Shown piece by piece: positions 19,678-30,256 of a DNA stretch of 64,000 nt. A model generated the notes under the pieces. It was not told the DNA's origin. It did no database searches and saw only the letters and a list, made by a program, of their open reading frames with translations. The translations under genes and the position numbers were made by a program. The stretch's first letter is position 1. Every line of letters starts with the position of its first letter. This stretch comes from an uncultured Gemmatimonadales bacterium. GTDB taxonomy: Bacteria > Gemmatimonadota > Gemmatimonadetes > Longimicrobiales > RSA9. The stretch spans positions 32,001 to 96,000 of the forward strand of contig CAWCRS010000002.1 in NCBI GenBank assembly GCA_963798085.1. Direction: 5' to 3'.

Positions 19678-20543
19678 GGTCGCTCACTGTGTTGGGGAAT
19701 GACGGTGCCCAGCGTGCGGAACAGCTCCGTGGTCAGGTTCACGGCAAGGAAACGCGTGGCTTGACGGATCCCCGGCACCGTTTGCGTGACGCGCCGGGCC
19801 AGCGGGTCGGTCCACAGCACGGCGAGCTGATCCTCCTGCAGCACGTGGATGCGCTCGTGCGCGAACGCGCGCCTGGCGTAGACGTCGCCATACGCCGGGA
19901 TGTCCGCCAGCAGTACAACGCCTGCGTTGGTCACACCACCCGCGTGAACCTGGTCATGACCGAACGCAAGCAGCTTGCCGCGCGTCCTGAATACGGGCGT
20001 GCCTGCCGACACGCTGCCGCCCGCGTCGAAATGCAGCTCCGGCTCAGCCACGGCATAGATCAGCCAGCCCAGCGCGGCCGCATCCACTCTCGCGCGAAAA
20101 TGAGGGCTGCCCCGGGTTTCGATATCCAGCCAGAGTGGCCCCACAGGAAGCGTCAGGGATGCAGGCGACGACGTTGCCGCGGCTGCGTTTCGTGCCGCTG
20201 ACGCACCGGCCGCCGAAATTTCACGGCCGGCGAACCCCGCACCCCAGAAGCGCTCGGACGCCAGCCGCTTGCCTGCGTAGGACAACGCACCGCCCGCGAT
20301 GCCGCGCACGAAGCCGTCCCCAAACGAACCGCCCCGGAAACGGCGCACCAGGCCGGCTGTCAGCCCGCCGATCACGCTGTTCGCGCTGAACGTGGCGAAC
20401 TCGCCCACCCAGCGCGGCGCACTGAAGACGCAGCCGCCATCGCCCTGCTCCGACCCCGTGAAGCAGCGATCCTGCGCTTCGCCGGGCGACGCCCGGAGCG
20501 ATGCCAGCGCTGCCAGCAGCAGCCAGGCGCATCTCGGCTTCAC
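19644..20543 (-). CDS. Exported hypothetical protein with HExxH motif (possible zincin)
   Basis: Signal peptide, Gly-rich segment, AFAHERIHVLQ and a distal PWEMEA; GTGA overlap with the upstream gene. Confidence 0.65.
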   Translation of the reverse strand: MKPRCAWLLLAALASLRASPGEAQDRCFTGSEQGDGGCVFSAPRWVGEFATFSANSVIGGLTAGLVRRFRGGSFGDGFVRGIAGGALSYAGKRLASERFWGAGFAGREISAAGASAARNAAAATSSPASLTLPVGPLWLDIETRGSPHFRARVDAAALGWLIYAVAEPELHFDAGGSVSAGTPVFRTRGKLLAFGHDQVHAGGVTNAGVVLLADIPAYGDVYARRAFAHERIHVLQEDQLAVLWTDPLARRVTQTVPGIRQATRFLAVNLTTELFRTLGTVIPQHSERPWEMEAIFLAR

Positions 20544-20806
20544 GCCAGCTGCGCCTCAATGACCGCGACGACGCGCGGCGTCAGTGCGCTCCAATCGGTT
20601 TCCGCCTGCTTGATGACCGTGATGAAATCGTCGGCCATGAAAAGACTCGCCACGCCTTCGATGCCCAGCAGCGCGGACGCCACCGGATCACCGGCGGCCT
20701 GCGCCGCGTTGTAGTACGACTTGGTGCCGCCACCATCCACCACTGGTTTGCCAACCACGAACTTGCCTGCGTTCGGGTTGGGTGTCGCCTGAAACCTCAC
20801 ACCCAT
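20540..20806 (-). CDS. NifU/Nfu N-terminal domain protein
   Basis: QATPNPNAGKF..LLGIEGVASLFMADDFITVIK..W; GGAGG RBS. Confidence 0.85.
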   Translation of the reverse strand: MGVRFQATPNPNAGKFVVGKPVVDGGGTKSYYNAAQAAGDPVASALLGIEGVASLFMADDFITVIKQAETDWSALTPRVVAVIEAQLA

Positions 20807-20922
20807 GGACGCCTCCGCACGTGAATCGCGTTGTCCCGCAGAATGACGCGTCCGGCTTGCCCGGTTCTCGCGCCAGCGCATACCTTGCCGCCGCACTTCA
20901 TCACCCGCAACCACGCGCACGG

Positions 20923-21702
20923 ATGCACATCTTTCAAGAGCCCGTCATCTCCGTGCTCGCGCGCCAGCAGTTCCTGGGCGCGCCGCACATCCGCTGGAAC
21001 AGCGACAGCCAGGTGCCCGGTGAGGTCGCTGCCGAATTCGCCGGCCGGCTGTGCTACCTCAGCTTCGGCGCCGACGCCGGCATCGAGGGCGGCCACAAGC
21101 TGATAGCCGGCCGCACCACGAATCGTGAATACCTCAACAACATACTGAAAGTGCGACACGGCAGCGTGCTCGAGCACGCCGTGTGGACACTGCTGTTCGA
21201 AGGCGTGAGCCGCGCGCTCACGCACGAACTCATCCGGCATCGCCATTTCTCCTACTCGCAGCTGAGCCAGCGTTACGTCGACGAATCCAATGTCGCCTTC
21301 GTGCTGCCCCCCGAGATCAAACCTGACACACCCGCGTTCGTTACTTGGAAGCAGAGCTGTGAACGGTCGCTCGAGGAGTATCGCCGACTGCTCCAGCTCG
21401 TCGAGCAGCAGGTCCGCGACGAACCCTCCGCAACGCTCCGTCGCAAGCGCGCCCGCCAGACTGCGCGCGCCGCACTGCCCAACGCCGCCGAAACCAAGAT
21501 CGTGGTTACGGGCAACTGCCGCGCCTGGCGCCATTTCATCGAGCTGCGCGGATCCCCCACTGCCGACACCGAAATCCGGCGCCTCGCCCTGGGCGTGCTG
21601 CGCATCCTGCAGCAGGAAGCACCCGGCCTTTTCGGCGACTACCGCATCACCTGCTCCGACACCGGTGAGGAGTGCGCGGAGACGGATTTTCCCGGCGTCT
21701 GA
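20923..21702 (+). CDS. thyX: FAD-dependent thymidylate synthase
   Basis: HGSVLEH, RHRHFSYSQLSQR ThyX motif, TGNCRAWRHFIELR, EIR. Confidence 0.95.
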   Translation: MHIFQEPVISVLARQQFLGAPHIRWNSDSQVPGEVAAEFAGRLCYLSFGADAGIEGGHKLIAGRTTNREYLNNILKVRHGSVLEHAVWTLLFEGVSRALTHELIRHRHFSYSQLSQRYVDESNVAFVLPPEIKPDTPAFVTWKQSCERSLEEYRRLLQLVEQQVRDEPSATLRRKRARQTARAALPNAAETKIVVTGNCRAWRHFIELRGSPTADTEIRRLALGVLRILQQEAPGLFGDYRITCSDTGEECAETDFPGV

Positions 21703-21709
21703 ACGGATT

Positions 21710-21779
21710 CTCTCACCCGCGGATTCAGATCCCGACTCTGCGCCTACCGCCGCGCCCTCCGCGTTCTCCGCGGCGAGAG
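21710..21779. repeat. Short family B inverted-repeat copy between convergent thyX and TPR genes
   Basis: CTCTCACCCGCGGA...CCGCGCCCTCCGCGTTCTCCGCGGCGAGAG resembles the arms at 7741 and 8083. Confidence 0.55.
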
Positions 21780-24067
21780 CTAGTGAGTGAGAAGCGCGAG
21801 ACGGGAGCGGGCGTCGGCAGAAAGTCTGTAGGCCGGGTCTGCGTTGCTCCACACCTGCAGCGCGCGCTGCAGATACTCGAGGGCGTGCGCGTTGTCTTTC
21901 GCGTCCAGGTGGGCCAGCGCCATTTCGTAGTTGGCGCGCGGCTGAAAGGGGATGGCGCGCAGGACCGGTTCCAGCTCGCTGATGCTGCGCTGCGGCTGCC
22001 CCAGCTCGCGATAACAGCGTGCTACGGAAACATGCGTGATCAGCGCATCCCCCGGCGCCAGCGCCTCGCTGCGCACGTAGGTGTCAATGGCATCCTGCCA
22101 CTGCGAACGCAGTTCGGCAATGCGGCCGTGCAGCAGCAGCAGCTGCGCCTCGAAATTGCGGAAGCCGAACTTGTGTGCGGACTCCTCCGCCAGCGTCAGG
22201 TTGCGCTCCGCCTCATCCGCCTGGCCCAGCTCGACATCCAGATTGGCAGTACCCAGCGGTACCAGCAGGTCGAGAGGCGGCTGCAGCTGCGCCGCCAGTC
22301 GCTTGAGGATCGCACTCGCCTCAGCCACCCGCCCGGCGCGCGCACTCAGGTTCGCCGTCTGCATCTGCAGCGCGGCAGCCACCAGCGGCGGCTGGAACTT
22401 CTTCGAGATGTCCACGTACCGCTGCCGATAATCCAGCGCACGCAGCATCTGGCCGCGGCGCTCGTAGTAGTCGCTCAGCCCGCTCAGAGCGCGCGCACTG
22501 TCTTCCACCGCCCTCGCCGCACCCAGCGCGTCCTCGTATGTCTTCAGCGCATCTTCGAAGCGGCCCTCATCGGCGTTCAGCCCGGCCACATCGATCATGA
22601 CGGATACATCACCCGGCGCCAGCAGCAGCGCCTTCTCGTAGTTGCTGCGTGCCTGCGCCAGATCGCCCTTGCGACGCTGTGGTGACGCCAGCGCGATGAA
22701 GGATTGCGGCCGCGTGGGAAAACGCTCCGCGAACTGCGCGTAGTAGCGCAGCGCGTTGTCGTAGTCGCCCAGGGTCTCGTATTGCGCGCCTATGGCGCTC
22801 AGGATCTCCTGACGTGTCGGGTCCAGCTCCAGGATCTTCTTGTACGATTCAATGATGCCCGCGTGATCGCCACGCAGAGTCTGCATCTGCGAGAGCAGCG
22901 TGTACGCGGCAATGTCCTCGGGAAACAGCGCCACGTTCATTTTCGCCACTGCGTTCGCCTTCTCCTGGTCCTGTTTCATGGCGTAGTACTCGGTCTTCAC
23001 CGCGTACTGCGACCGCTCTGGCATGTGGTAGAGATTATCCATCGCCTTCTGCAGCGGCGGCATGGACCGCGGGCCCTGATTGGACAGCAGGTAATGTTGT
23101 GCAGCGCGTACCACGCGAAGGCGAAGGTTGGATCCAGCTGCACGGCTTCTTCCAGCAGACGCGCGCCTTCCGGCCACTGATCACGCGTCTGGATGGCGCG
23201 AATGCCTTCCGCGTAGCGGCGGAAGGCGGCAGGCGACGACGTCATGATCTCTGACACCGGCACATCGCGGACGTTCACGTTCGGCGGCGAACCCAGATCA
23301 TCCTTCAGGTCCGCACTGATCCGGTCGATCAGCTGGAACACGTCGCTCCCGCCATAGCGATGCTCGCGCACGGGCTCGCCGCGACTCGTCATGTACAGCG
23401 CGGTCTGCACCACAATGCGACCGCTGTCGCGGGAAACGCGGCCATCGAAGAAGAACGGCAGATGCTGCTCTTCCGCGATCGTGCGCTTGAGACCGTCAGG
23501 CACATTTGCGGTGTCTGCCAGTCCCTGCTGCCGCAGGCGTTCCCGGAAGTAGGCCGCCGGGCGCACGTCGATGAACATGTTCTGAATCACATCCGCTTCA
23601 ATGCCCTGTGGCAAGGCATAGCGCAGCCAGCTCACCGCCGTATCCTGCGCATCGCCCTCGAAGTTGAAGAGCGCGAGCCGCGACCGGTACGTGGCGCGCG
23701 GCACCTCGCGCTGCACCGTCTGCCCTGACTCGTCCTGCGTGGTCACGGATGTCACCACCGCGCCCAGATCCTTCTCGTGGAATACCGCGAACAGCACACT
23801 CACCGCGATCAGCACGTTCAGCGGAATCCCGACCTTGTCGGATCGCGTCCAGGCATCCTTGCCCGGCTTGCCGTGATTGTAGGTGAAGAGCACGACACTC
23901 GGGATGAGCAGGCCCAGAGCGAGCAGCGCCACGTCGGTCAGATGCGGGGACAGCGAATAGCGACCTTCCAGGAAATCGAGAAACTGCACGAAGCCCCAGC
24001 CCGCGCCCAGATAGACGGCCAGAAAATGCGGTACCCGGCGCTCCATCAGGCCTTTCGCAATAGCCAT
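21780..24067 (-). CDS. Membrane-anchored TolB-like/TPR-repeat protein, frameshift near 23095
   Basis: Three N-terminal TM segments, LALFNFEG..LPQGIEAD domain, AVQLDPTFAFAW, then multiple TPRs in ORF 21780..23177. Confidence 0.8.
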
Positions 24068-24201
24068 CCTCAACCCTCGTCAGTGGCGGCCTGGGTGTCT
24101 TCCCGCCTCGCTGCGAGGGTCGCCGGGTTCCTCGCACGCAATATCGCGTTATACCGAATCGGCAAACAACCTGCAAGTCCAATGACGCGCGCCAGCGTGC
24201 A

Positions 24202-25836
24202 TCAGGTGCGCGGTTTCGGCGCCAGCCGCAGGATGCGTCCCGGCCTGGCGCCGGTGAGTGAGGCGTCCAGCAGCACCGGTACGCCATTCACCAGCACGTG
24301 CTTCACACCAATGGCGAACTGGTGTGGATCCGCGTACGTCGCGCGATCCGTGATGCGCTGCGCGTCGAACACCGCAATGTCGGCGTACATCCCCGGCGCC
24401 AGTCTGCCGCGCTGCGGCTGCGCAATGCGATCCGCCGGCAGCGAGGTCATCTTGCGGATCGCTTCTTCCAGCGTGAGCACATGCTGGTCGCGCACGTAGT
24501 GACCGAGCACGCGCGCAAACGCCCCGTAGTTGCGCGGGTGCGGGTGTCCCTCGCCCGGCACGCCAATCGAGCCATCCGACGAGAACATGGTGAACGGATA
24601 ACGCATGATGCGACGCAGATCCTGTTCATCGATCACGTGCCACACGCCGCTGGCGCCGCCGTTCTGCTGGATTTCGATTGCCAGCTGCACGGCAAAGTCC
24701 AGCGTGGGCGTCTGCCCGCGTTCACGGGCGATGTCGGCGAATGTCCAGCCGTTCCATTCCGGGTGCCAGGGCACGGACGCGAGCTGGATGCGCGTCAGGT
24801 CACCACCACCGCGCTCCTCGAGAATGGTCACGCGAATCCCCTGCTCAATGCGCGCACGCTGCGCCGGGTCGGCCAGGCGCGCACGCACCGAGTCGCGGCC
24901 GCCCGCCAGCGACCAGGCCGGAAACAGCACGTCCGTGCCTGTCGACGTGGCATCGTAGGCATACTCGTCAATGGTGACGTCCAGGCCTGCGGCGCGCGCG
25001 GAGTCCACGAGCGCCAGCGTGCGCACGCTCTGCCCCCACTGCGGCTGGCCCATGATCTTGTGATGCGAAACCTGCGCTGGAATGCCTGCCTCGCGCGCAA
25101 TGCGGATGACCTCGCGCACCGCGTCCACCACACCCTCGCCTTCATCACGGATGTGCGAGGAGTAGATCCCGCCTCCCCGCGCCGCCACCCGCGCCAGCTC
25201 GATGACCTCCTCCGTCTGCGCGTAGATGCCGGGCACGTAACGCAGCCCCGTCGACAGCCCTATGGCGCCTTCGTCCATGGCCTGCGACACCATGGCCTTC
25301 ATGCGCTGCAGCTCGGCCGGCGTGGGAGCGCGGTTGGCCGTGCCCATGACGCGGGTTCGGATGGTGTTGTGCCCGGCGAAGAATGCCGTGTTAGGCGAAT
25401 ACCCGGACTGCTGCAGTGCCTGCATGCTGGCCCCCAGCGGCCAGGGCATGCCGCCATCGGGCGCATAGATCACCGTGGTCACGCCCTGGCGGACGAAGCT
25501 CTCCGCCAGCGGCCGCTGGCGCAGCTCCTCCACGTGCGCGTGCACATCGATGAAACCCGGCGCCACCGCCATGCCCCGCGCATCCAGCACCTGCTTCGCC
25601 GAAAGTACCAGCGCGGTGTCCCGCTCGATCCGCACGATGCGATCGCCCTGGATGGCCAGGTTCGCGCGATAGCCCGGAGCGCCCGTGCCATCGTAGACCG
25701 TGCCGCCGCGGATCACGTAGTCGTACTGTGCTGTGGTCCGCGTCTGTGCCCGGGCCGCGTGTGCCGGAACGGCCATGGCCAGCAGGCCTGCGAACAGTGT
25801 TGTTCGCAAACCGGCCCGGACCGCACCCGCGCTCAC
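24202..25836 (-). CDS. N-acyl-D-amino-acid deacylase (amidohydrolase), exported
   Basis: YDYVIRGGTVYDGTG, APGFIDVHAH, GLSTGLRY, SHIRDE, SDG..HPRNYGAF, GMYADIAVFD. Confidence 0.92.
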   Translation of the reverse strand: MSAGAVRAGLRTTLFAGLLAMAVPAHAARAQTRTTAQYDYVIRGGTVYDGTGAPGYRANLAIQGDRIVRIERDTALVLSAKQVLDARGMAVAPGFIDVHAHVEELRQRPLAESFVRQGVTTVIYAPDGGMPWPLGASMQALQQSGYSPNTAFFAGHNTIRTRVMGTANRAPTPAELQRMKAMVSQAMDEGAIGLSTGLRYVPGIYAQTEEVIELARVAARGGGIYSSHIRDEGEGVVDAVREVIRIAREAGIPAQVSHHKIMGQPQWGQSVRTLALVDSARAAGLDVTIDEYAYDATSTGTDVLFPAWSLAGGRDSVRARLADPAQRARIEQGIRVTILEERGGGDLTRIQLASVPWHPEWNGWTFADIARERGQTPTLDFAVQLAIEIQQNGGASGVWHVIDEQDLRRIMRYPFTMFSSDGSIGVPGEGHPHPRNYGAFARVLGHYVRDQHVLTLEEAIRKMTSLPADRIAQPQRGRLAPGMYADIAVFDAQRITDRATYADPHQFAIGVKHVLVNGVPVLLDASLTGARPGRILRLAPKPRT

Positions 25837-26078
25837 AGCTCGTCCGGCTCCTCCCATGGCTCACCCTCCCAGAAGCGCGCTTCTTCATCGCGGATGTGAT
25901 CCAGGTCCAGTGGCTCGTCCAGCTCCAGCCGGCCGGTTTCCTCGATGCGCTGGACCATGGCGTCGGAAAGGCCGCTGGTCTCGCCGCGGCGCTGTTCGAA
26001 GAGACGACGCAGGTACAGCCCGGCCGCGGCGAGAACCAGCAGTGCGGCAGATGTGCCGAAAAGCAGGGGGATCATCAT
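25833..26078 (-). CDS. Small single-TM protein with acidic C-terminus
   Basis: MMIPLLFGTSAALLVLAAAGLYLRR..DEPLDLDHIRDEEARFWEGEPWEEPDEL; its stop overlaps the next start. Confidence 0.7.
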   Translation of the reverse strand: MMIPLLFGTSAALLVLAAAGLYLRRLFEQRRGETSGLSDAMVQRIEETGRLELDEPLDLDHIRDEEARFWEGEPWEEPDEL

Positions 26079-26115
26079 GCGCGTGGACCGTCGCGGTGCT
26101 GCAATGCCGGCGCGC

Positions 26116-27303
26116 TCAGTCGCCGGCACCGCGCGTCGGGGACGCAGTGTCGCGCGTCGTGTGAATCGTATCACCGCGCGCAGCGCCGCCCACCCGGCCC
26201 GCACCACCTCGCCGTGCACTGCTGTCGCGCGGCAGCGTATCATGCGCTGCACGCGGCAGCGTGTCGTGCGGCGCACGCGACAACGCCGTGTCTCGCCGAA
26301 CACTGTCCGAACGCGTGGCGACGTTCCCGCCCCGCCGCGCCGCCGAGTCTGCGAGCGGGGGCGGGAGCGGCAGCAGAAACGGCGGAATCGGCCAGGACGC
26401 CGTGCGACTGGCCTCCAGGTGCCCGTCGCGATCGCCGTCCCACGCTTCCAGCTCAATGCGCCCATCACCATCGAGATCGTAGAGCAGCCGCCGCACTTCG
26501 CCCTCGCGGAAGATGACAATGAAGCGGCCTTTGCCGCCATCGGTGCGCCACACCATGGACTCCAGCGTAACACGCTGTTCCGGTGCACCGCACACGGCAT
26601 CGCGCCGACCCTCCAGAGCCATGTCGACAATGTGCGGCAACGGCACATCCGGCGGATGCAGCACCGTCGGACCGATGCGCATGTCCAGCGTGCCGCGCTC
26701 CCGCACCAGCGCCGTATCCAGGTGCAGCATGAGGACTCCGGTCTGGCGGTCGTTCCCGACTTCCAGTGAGTAGAACGCGCCGACGTTGGCGAGTGCGGCA
26801 GGATCGAAGGCGGGCATTGGCGTGAACTCCGGCACGCCATCCCAGCGCAGGCGACAGGTAATGTTGCCCAGGTCCGCCACCACCCAGAGCTGCTCCAGGC
26901 CGGCAGGCACCTGTGGCAGCGATCCGGGCTCGATCGCCTCGCCGTTCAGCGCCAGACGGTAACTCCGCAGCGCATCGTCGCCTGCATCCGCCGCGGGAAG
27001 CGGCGATCCGTCTGCTGCCAGCAGCCGGATCCAGCCCGGTACCGACAGGTGCAGCGCGCGCGGCGAGGCCGCGCGTTCACCCGTGTTGCGCAGCGCCAGA
27101 ATCAATGCGACGCGCGGCAGTGCGCCACGCGGCTGCGAGTCCGGTACGGCCAGGCGGGCGGTCGCACTGAAATGGCTGTCCGCATCCAGTGCCAGCAGCT
27201 CGAGTCGCGCGCGCGGCACGACGCCTGGCCCTGCCCAGTACGCGCCAACGCCCAGCAGAACGGCAAGCGCAACGACGCCAACCACCCAGCGGCGCAGGCT
27301 CAA
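26116..27303 (-). CDS. Membrane-anchored hypothetical protein with two DxDxDG motifs and a D(S/T)-rich tail
   Basis: N-terminal TM; YDLDGDGRIELEAWDGDRDGHLE; C-terminal repeats HDTLPRAAHDTLPR. Confidence 0.7.
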   Translation of the reverse strand: MSLRRWVVGVVALAVLLGVGAYWAGPGVVPRARLELLALDADSHFSATARLAVPDSQPRGALPRVALILALRNTGERAASPRALHLSVPGWIRLLAADGSPLPAADAGDDALRSYRLALNGEAIEPGSLPQVPAGLEQLWVVADLGNITCRLRWDGVPEFTPMPAFDPAALANVGAFYSLEVGNDRQTGVLMLHLDTALVRERGTLDMRIGPTVLHPPDVPLPHIVDMALEGRRDAVCGAPEQRVTLESMVWRTDGGKGRFIVIFREGEVRRLLYDLDGDGRIELEAWDGDRDGHLEASRTASWPIPPFLLPLPPPLADSAARRGGNVATRSDSVRRDTALSRAPHDTLPRAAHDTLPRDSSARRGGAGRVGGAARGDTIHTTRDTASPTRGAGD

Positions 27304-29259
27304 TGCGTTCCTGACCCTTCTGGCAGCACGAAGGCCTGCAGCACGGCATCGCTGCCCGCGCCCGTCGCGATCACCACGTATTGGCGTCCATCACGCGTGC
27401 GGTACGTCATGGGCACGGCATAGCCGCGCGCACCGAGGTCGGCTTCCCACAGAATCAGGCCATTCTCCTTGTCCACCGCGTACAGTGTCGACCCGCCACC
27501 GGTGAGAAACACGACGCCGCCGGCAGTGACGATCGGGCCCGGTGATCCGCTCACGCCCAGTGGCGGCAGCTCCAGCCCGAGCTGGCGGATCAGCGGATGA
27601 TTCCGCACTTCCGGCGAGTCACCGATCGTGATCTGCCACGCATGCTGCCCGGTGTTCAGATCGATGGCGGTCAGCGTGCCGTAGGGCGGCTTGTTCAACG
27701 GCAGCGCCGGCATGCGCTGCCCGCTGGCTGCATCACCTCCCAGGCTGCGTACACCGGCGGACGCGCTGCGGTCGAATACGTAGTCGCCCTGCACCGTGTC
27801 CCCCTCCGTTGTCGCCGGCACACGCAGCCGCATCACCGCGGGGGTATTCGAAGCCTTCACATAGAGCACACCCGTTTCCGGATCGAACGCGCCGCCGCCC
27901 CAGCCCGCTCCGCCGATCACGCCCGGCATCTGTAGGGTGCCCTGCAGCGATGGCGGCGTGAACAGCGGGCCGTAGCGCCAGCGCTTCAGCTCCGCGAGCG
28001 CTGCCGCCTTGAGTTCCGGTGTGAAGTCGATGACGTCCGCTTCGCTGAATCCCTGTCGTGCGAAAGGCCTGGGCAGCACGGGCACCGGCTGCGTCGCGGC
28101 TGCGTGCTCGCCCGGCACATCACTGGCCGGTACCGGCCGCTCCTCGATGGGCCACACCGGCTTGCCCGTGACCCGGTCGAACACGTAGACGAAGCCAGTC
28201 TTGCCCGTGACCGCCACCATGTCGACGCGCCGGCCGTTCACGCGCACCGTGCCCAGCACCGGCGGCGCCGGCAGGTCGTAATCCCAGAGACCGTGATGCA
28301 CGGTCTGGAAATGCCACACGCGCCGGCCCGTGCGCGCGTCCAGGCACACCAGCGATTCCGCAAACAGGTTGTTACCAGGACGGGCGCCGCCGTAGTAGTC
28401 GTTGCTGGGCGTGCTCACCGGCAGGTACACCAGGCCGCGTGCCGAATCCACCGTGAACGGCGCCCACACGTTGGTGTGGCCCGTGTGCCGCCAGGAATCG
28501 CCACCCCATGTGTCGTGCCCCGGATCGCCCGGCTGCGCCACCGTGTGGAACACCCAGACACGGCGGCCCGTGCGCACGTCGAACGCCTGCACATCGCCGG
28601 GTGGATCGTTGGCGTAAATGAGCCGGTCGCCCACACCGTTGCCCACGATCACCAGATCGCCCCACACCACCGGCGGCAATGTGCTGGTGTAGTGCAGCCG
28701 GTTCACCGGCCACGTCAGCGCGGCCGTCAGGTCGACCTCGCCGTTGCGCGCCGAATGACGCGATGGGCCGGCCCGTCGCGGCATTGAGCGCAATCAGCCG
28801 CCAGCGGCTGTCCATGAAGATGCGCCGCTCCCGCCCATCGCTCCACGCCGCCACGCCGCGGTGCACGAAGCCCGTGCCATTGGAGGGCTGGCCCGCGCGA
28901 TACGCGCCCGGATCATAACTCCAGAGTAGCGAGCCCGTCCCCGCATTCAGCGCCACCACGCGGTTGAAGGGCGTGCTCAGATACATGGTGTCGCCGATGA
29001 CCAGCGGCGTCGCCTGGAAATTGCCCGGCCGCGCCGCCGGCGTGCTGTCGCTCTGCGGCACCGCCTGCTCACCCACGCGCCACTGCCACGCGGGCTGCAG
29101 CCGATTCACGTTGACGCGCGTGATGGTCCGCAGCGGCGAGTACTTCATGCCGCCCGCGTCCCCGCCATAGCTGGGCCAGCCACTGCTGCCCTGCATCTGC
29201 GCCTGCACCGGCCAGGCATGGGCGAGAACAACGAGGAGGAGGAACGTGTGTCGTCGCAT
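27300..29259 (-). CDS. PQQ-dependent dehydrogenase (glucose/quinate-type), frameshift near 28755
   Basis: Signal peptide, WPSYGGDAGGMKYSPL, QATPLV, HRGVAAW, WHFQTVHHGLWDYD, PPYGTLTAIDL, PMTY..GRQYVVI. Confidence 0.9.
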
Positions 29260-29738
29260 GCGGTGTCTCGCGTCTGAAACGCTGCGGTGTTGACTGCGCA
29301 GTCTACCCGGTGAGGCGGTGTCGCGGCAAACGATCGTGAACCAGCGACGCCAATGCGGGGGCTCGATCTCGCGTTGGAACCGGGAAGCAGAAATCGCTTT
29401 TCGGTTCGCAGCGGGCCGCCGTGGGAGGCGAGCGATCAACGCATTGTTTCCGCGGCACCCGCCGCTCTTCCAATGCCGTCGCGAAACCCGCTCGTCCCGC
29501 CAGCTCTGGCCCATCGCGCAATTGTTTCGCACCAGTGGTCTGGGGCGTCGCGTTGGACGCACGGCTTCGCCTGTGCAAAACGCCTCCGAATCGCCGCCGC
29601 GAATGGGTATTCCGCGTTGCCGCGCAACCAGATGCACCCGTCGGCCCGCACGGGCACCCCGAGCCCTGCGAACCGGCATGGATCCTGACTCGCACAGCCC
29701 CGGGGTTCCTGCCTGACTTTCGCTCCGGAGGTATTGCG

Positions 29739-30212
29739 ATGCGCAAGTTCGCCCTCACGCTCGCCGCCGCAGGGTGCTGGGCCCTGTTGCCCGCCCACGC
29801 CGCGGCGCAGGCAAAACCCGCCGCCCGCCACAGGGCGGCCGGCCCCGCTTTCTGTCGCTCCGGCGGCGGACACCCCGTCTTCGGCCGCGCCTGGTGCATC
29901 GAGAAGGGCTACAGTCTCGGTCATGACCAGTGGCGCCAGGTCGACTTCGCCGTCGTGCTTGCCATTCCGGCTCAGCCGGGTCGCATGGAGCACGATTCGC
30001 TGCAGCAGATGCTGGGCGACGAAGCCTTTGCCCGGTTCGACGCGCAACGCACCGACCTGGGTCTCGCCGACCCGCTCGATGCCCGCTGGCTGCTCCCCGC
30101 CAAAGGCCCCGCCGTCCTGCAGCTCTGGTCCGGCCCCTGGCCCGTCGCCGAAATCGTCGACCACGAGCGCGACGGCAAGGCCGACTTCGTCGTGATGAAC
30201 TTCAGGCGCTGA
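29739..30212 (+). CDS. Exported hypothetical protein with GPAFCRSGxGHP..GRxWC motif
   Basis: GGAGG RBS, signal peptide ending AHAAAQ, two Cys in a compact motif. Confidence 0.75.
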   Translation: MRKFALTLAAAGCWALLPAHAAAQAKPAARHRAAGPAFCRSGGGHPVFGRAWCIEKGYSLGHDQWRQVDFAVVLAIPAQPGRMEHDSLQQMLGDEAFARFDAQRTDLGLADPLDARWLLPAKGPAVLQLWSGPWPVAEIVDHERDGKADFVVMNFRR

Positions 30213-30241
30213 AATGCATTTAACAGGCTGTTAAATGCATT
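30213..30241. repeat. AT-rich perfect palindrome
   Basis: AATGCATTTAACAG-G-CTGTTAAATGCATT, 14-bp arms directly after a stop codon. Confidence 0.8.
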
Positions 30242-30256
30242 GCCGGAGAGCCGCGC

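Noticed and set aside
29675..29690. Sigma54 promoter-like GGCATGGATCCTGA
   Set aside because: The -12 position reads GA rather than GC; too weak to call.
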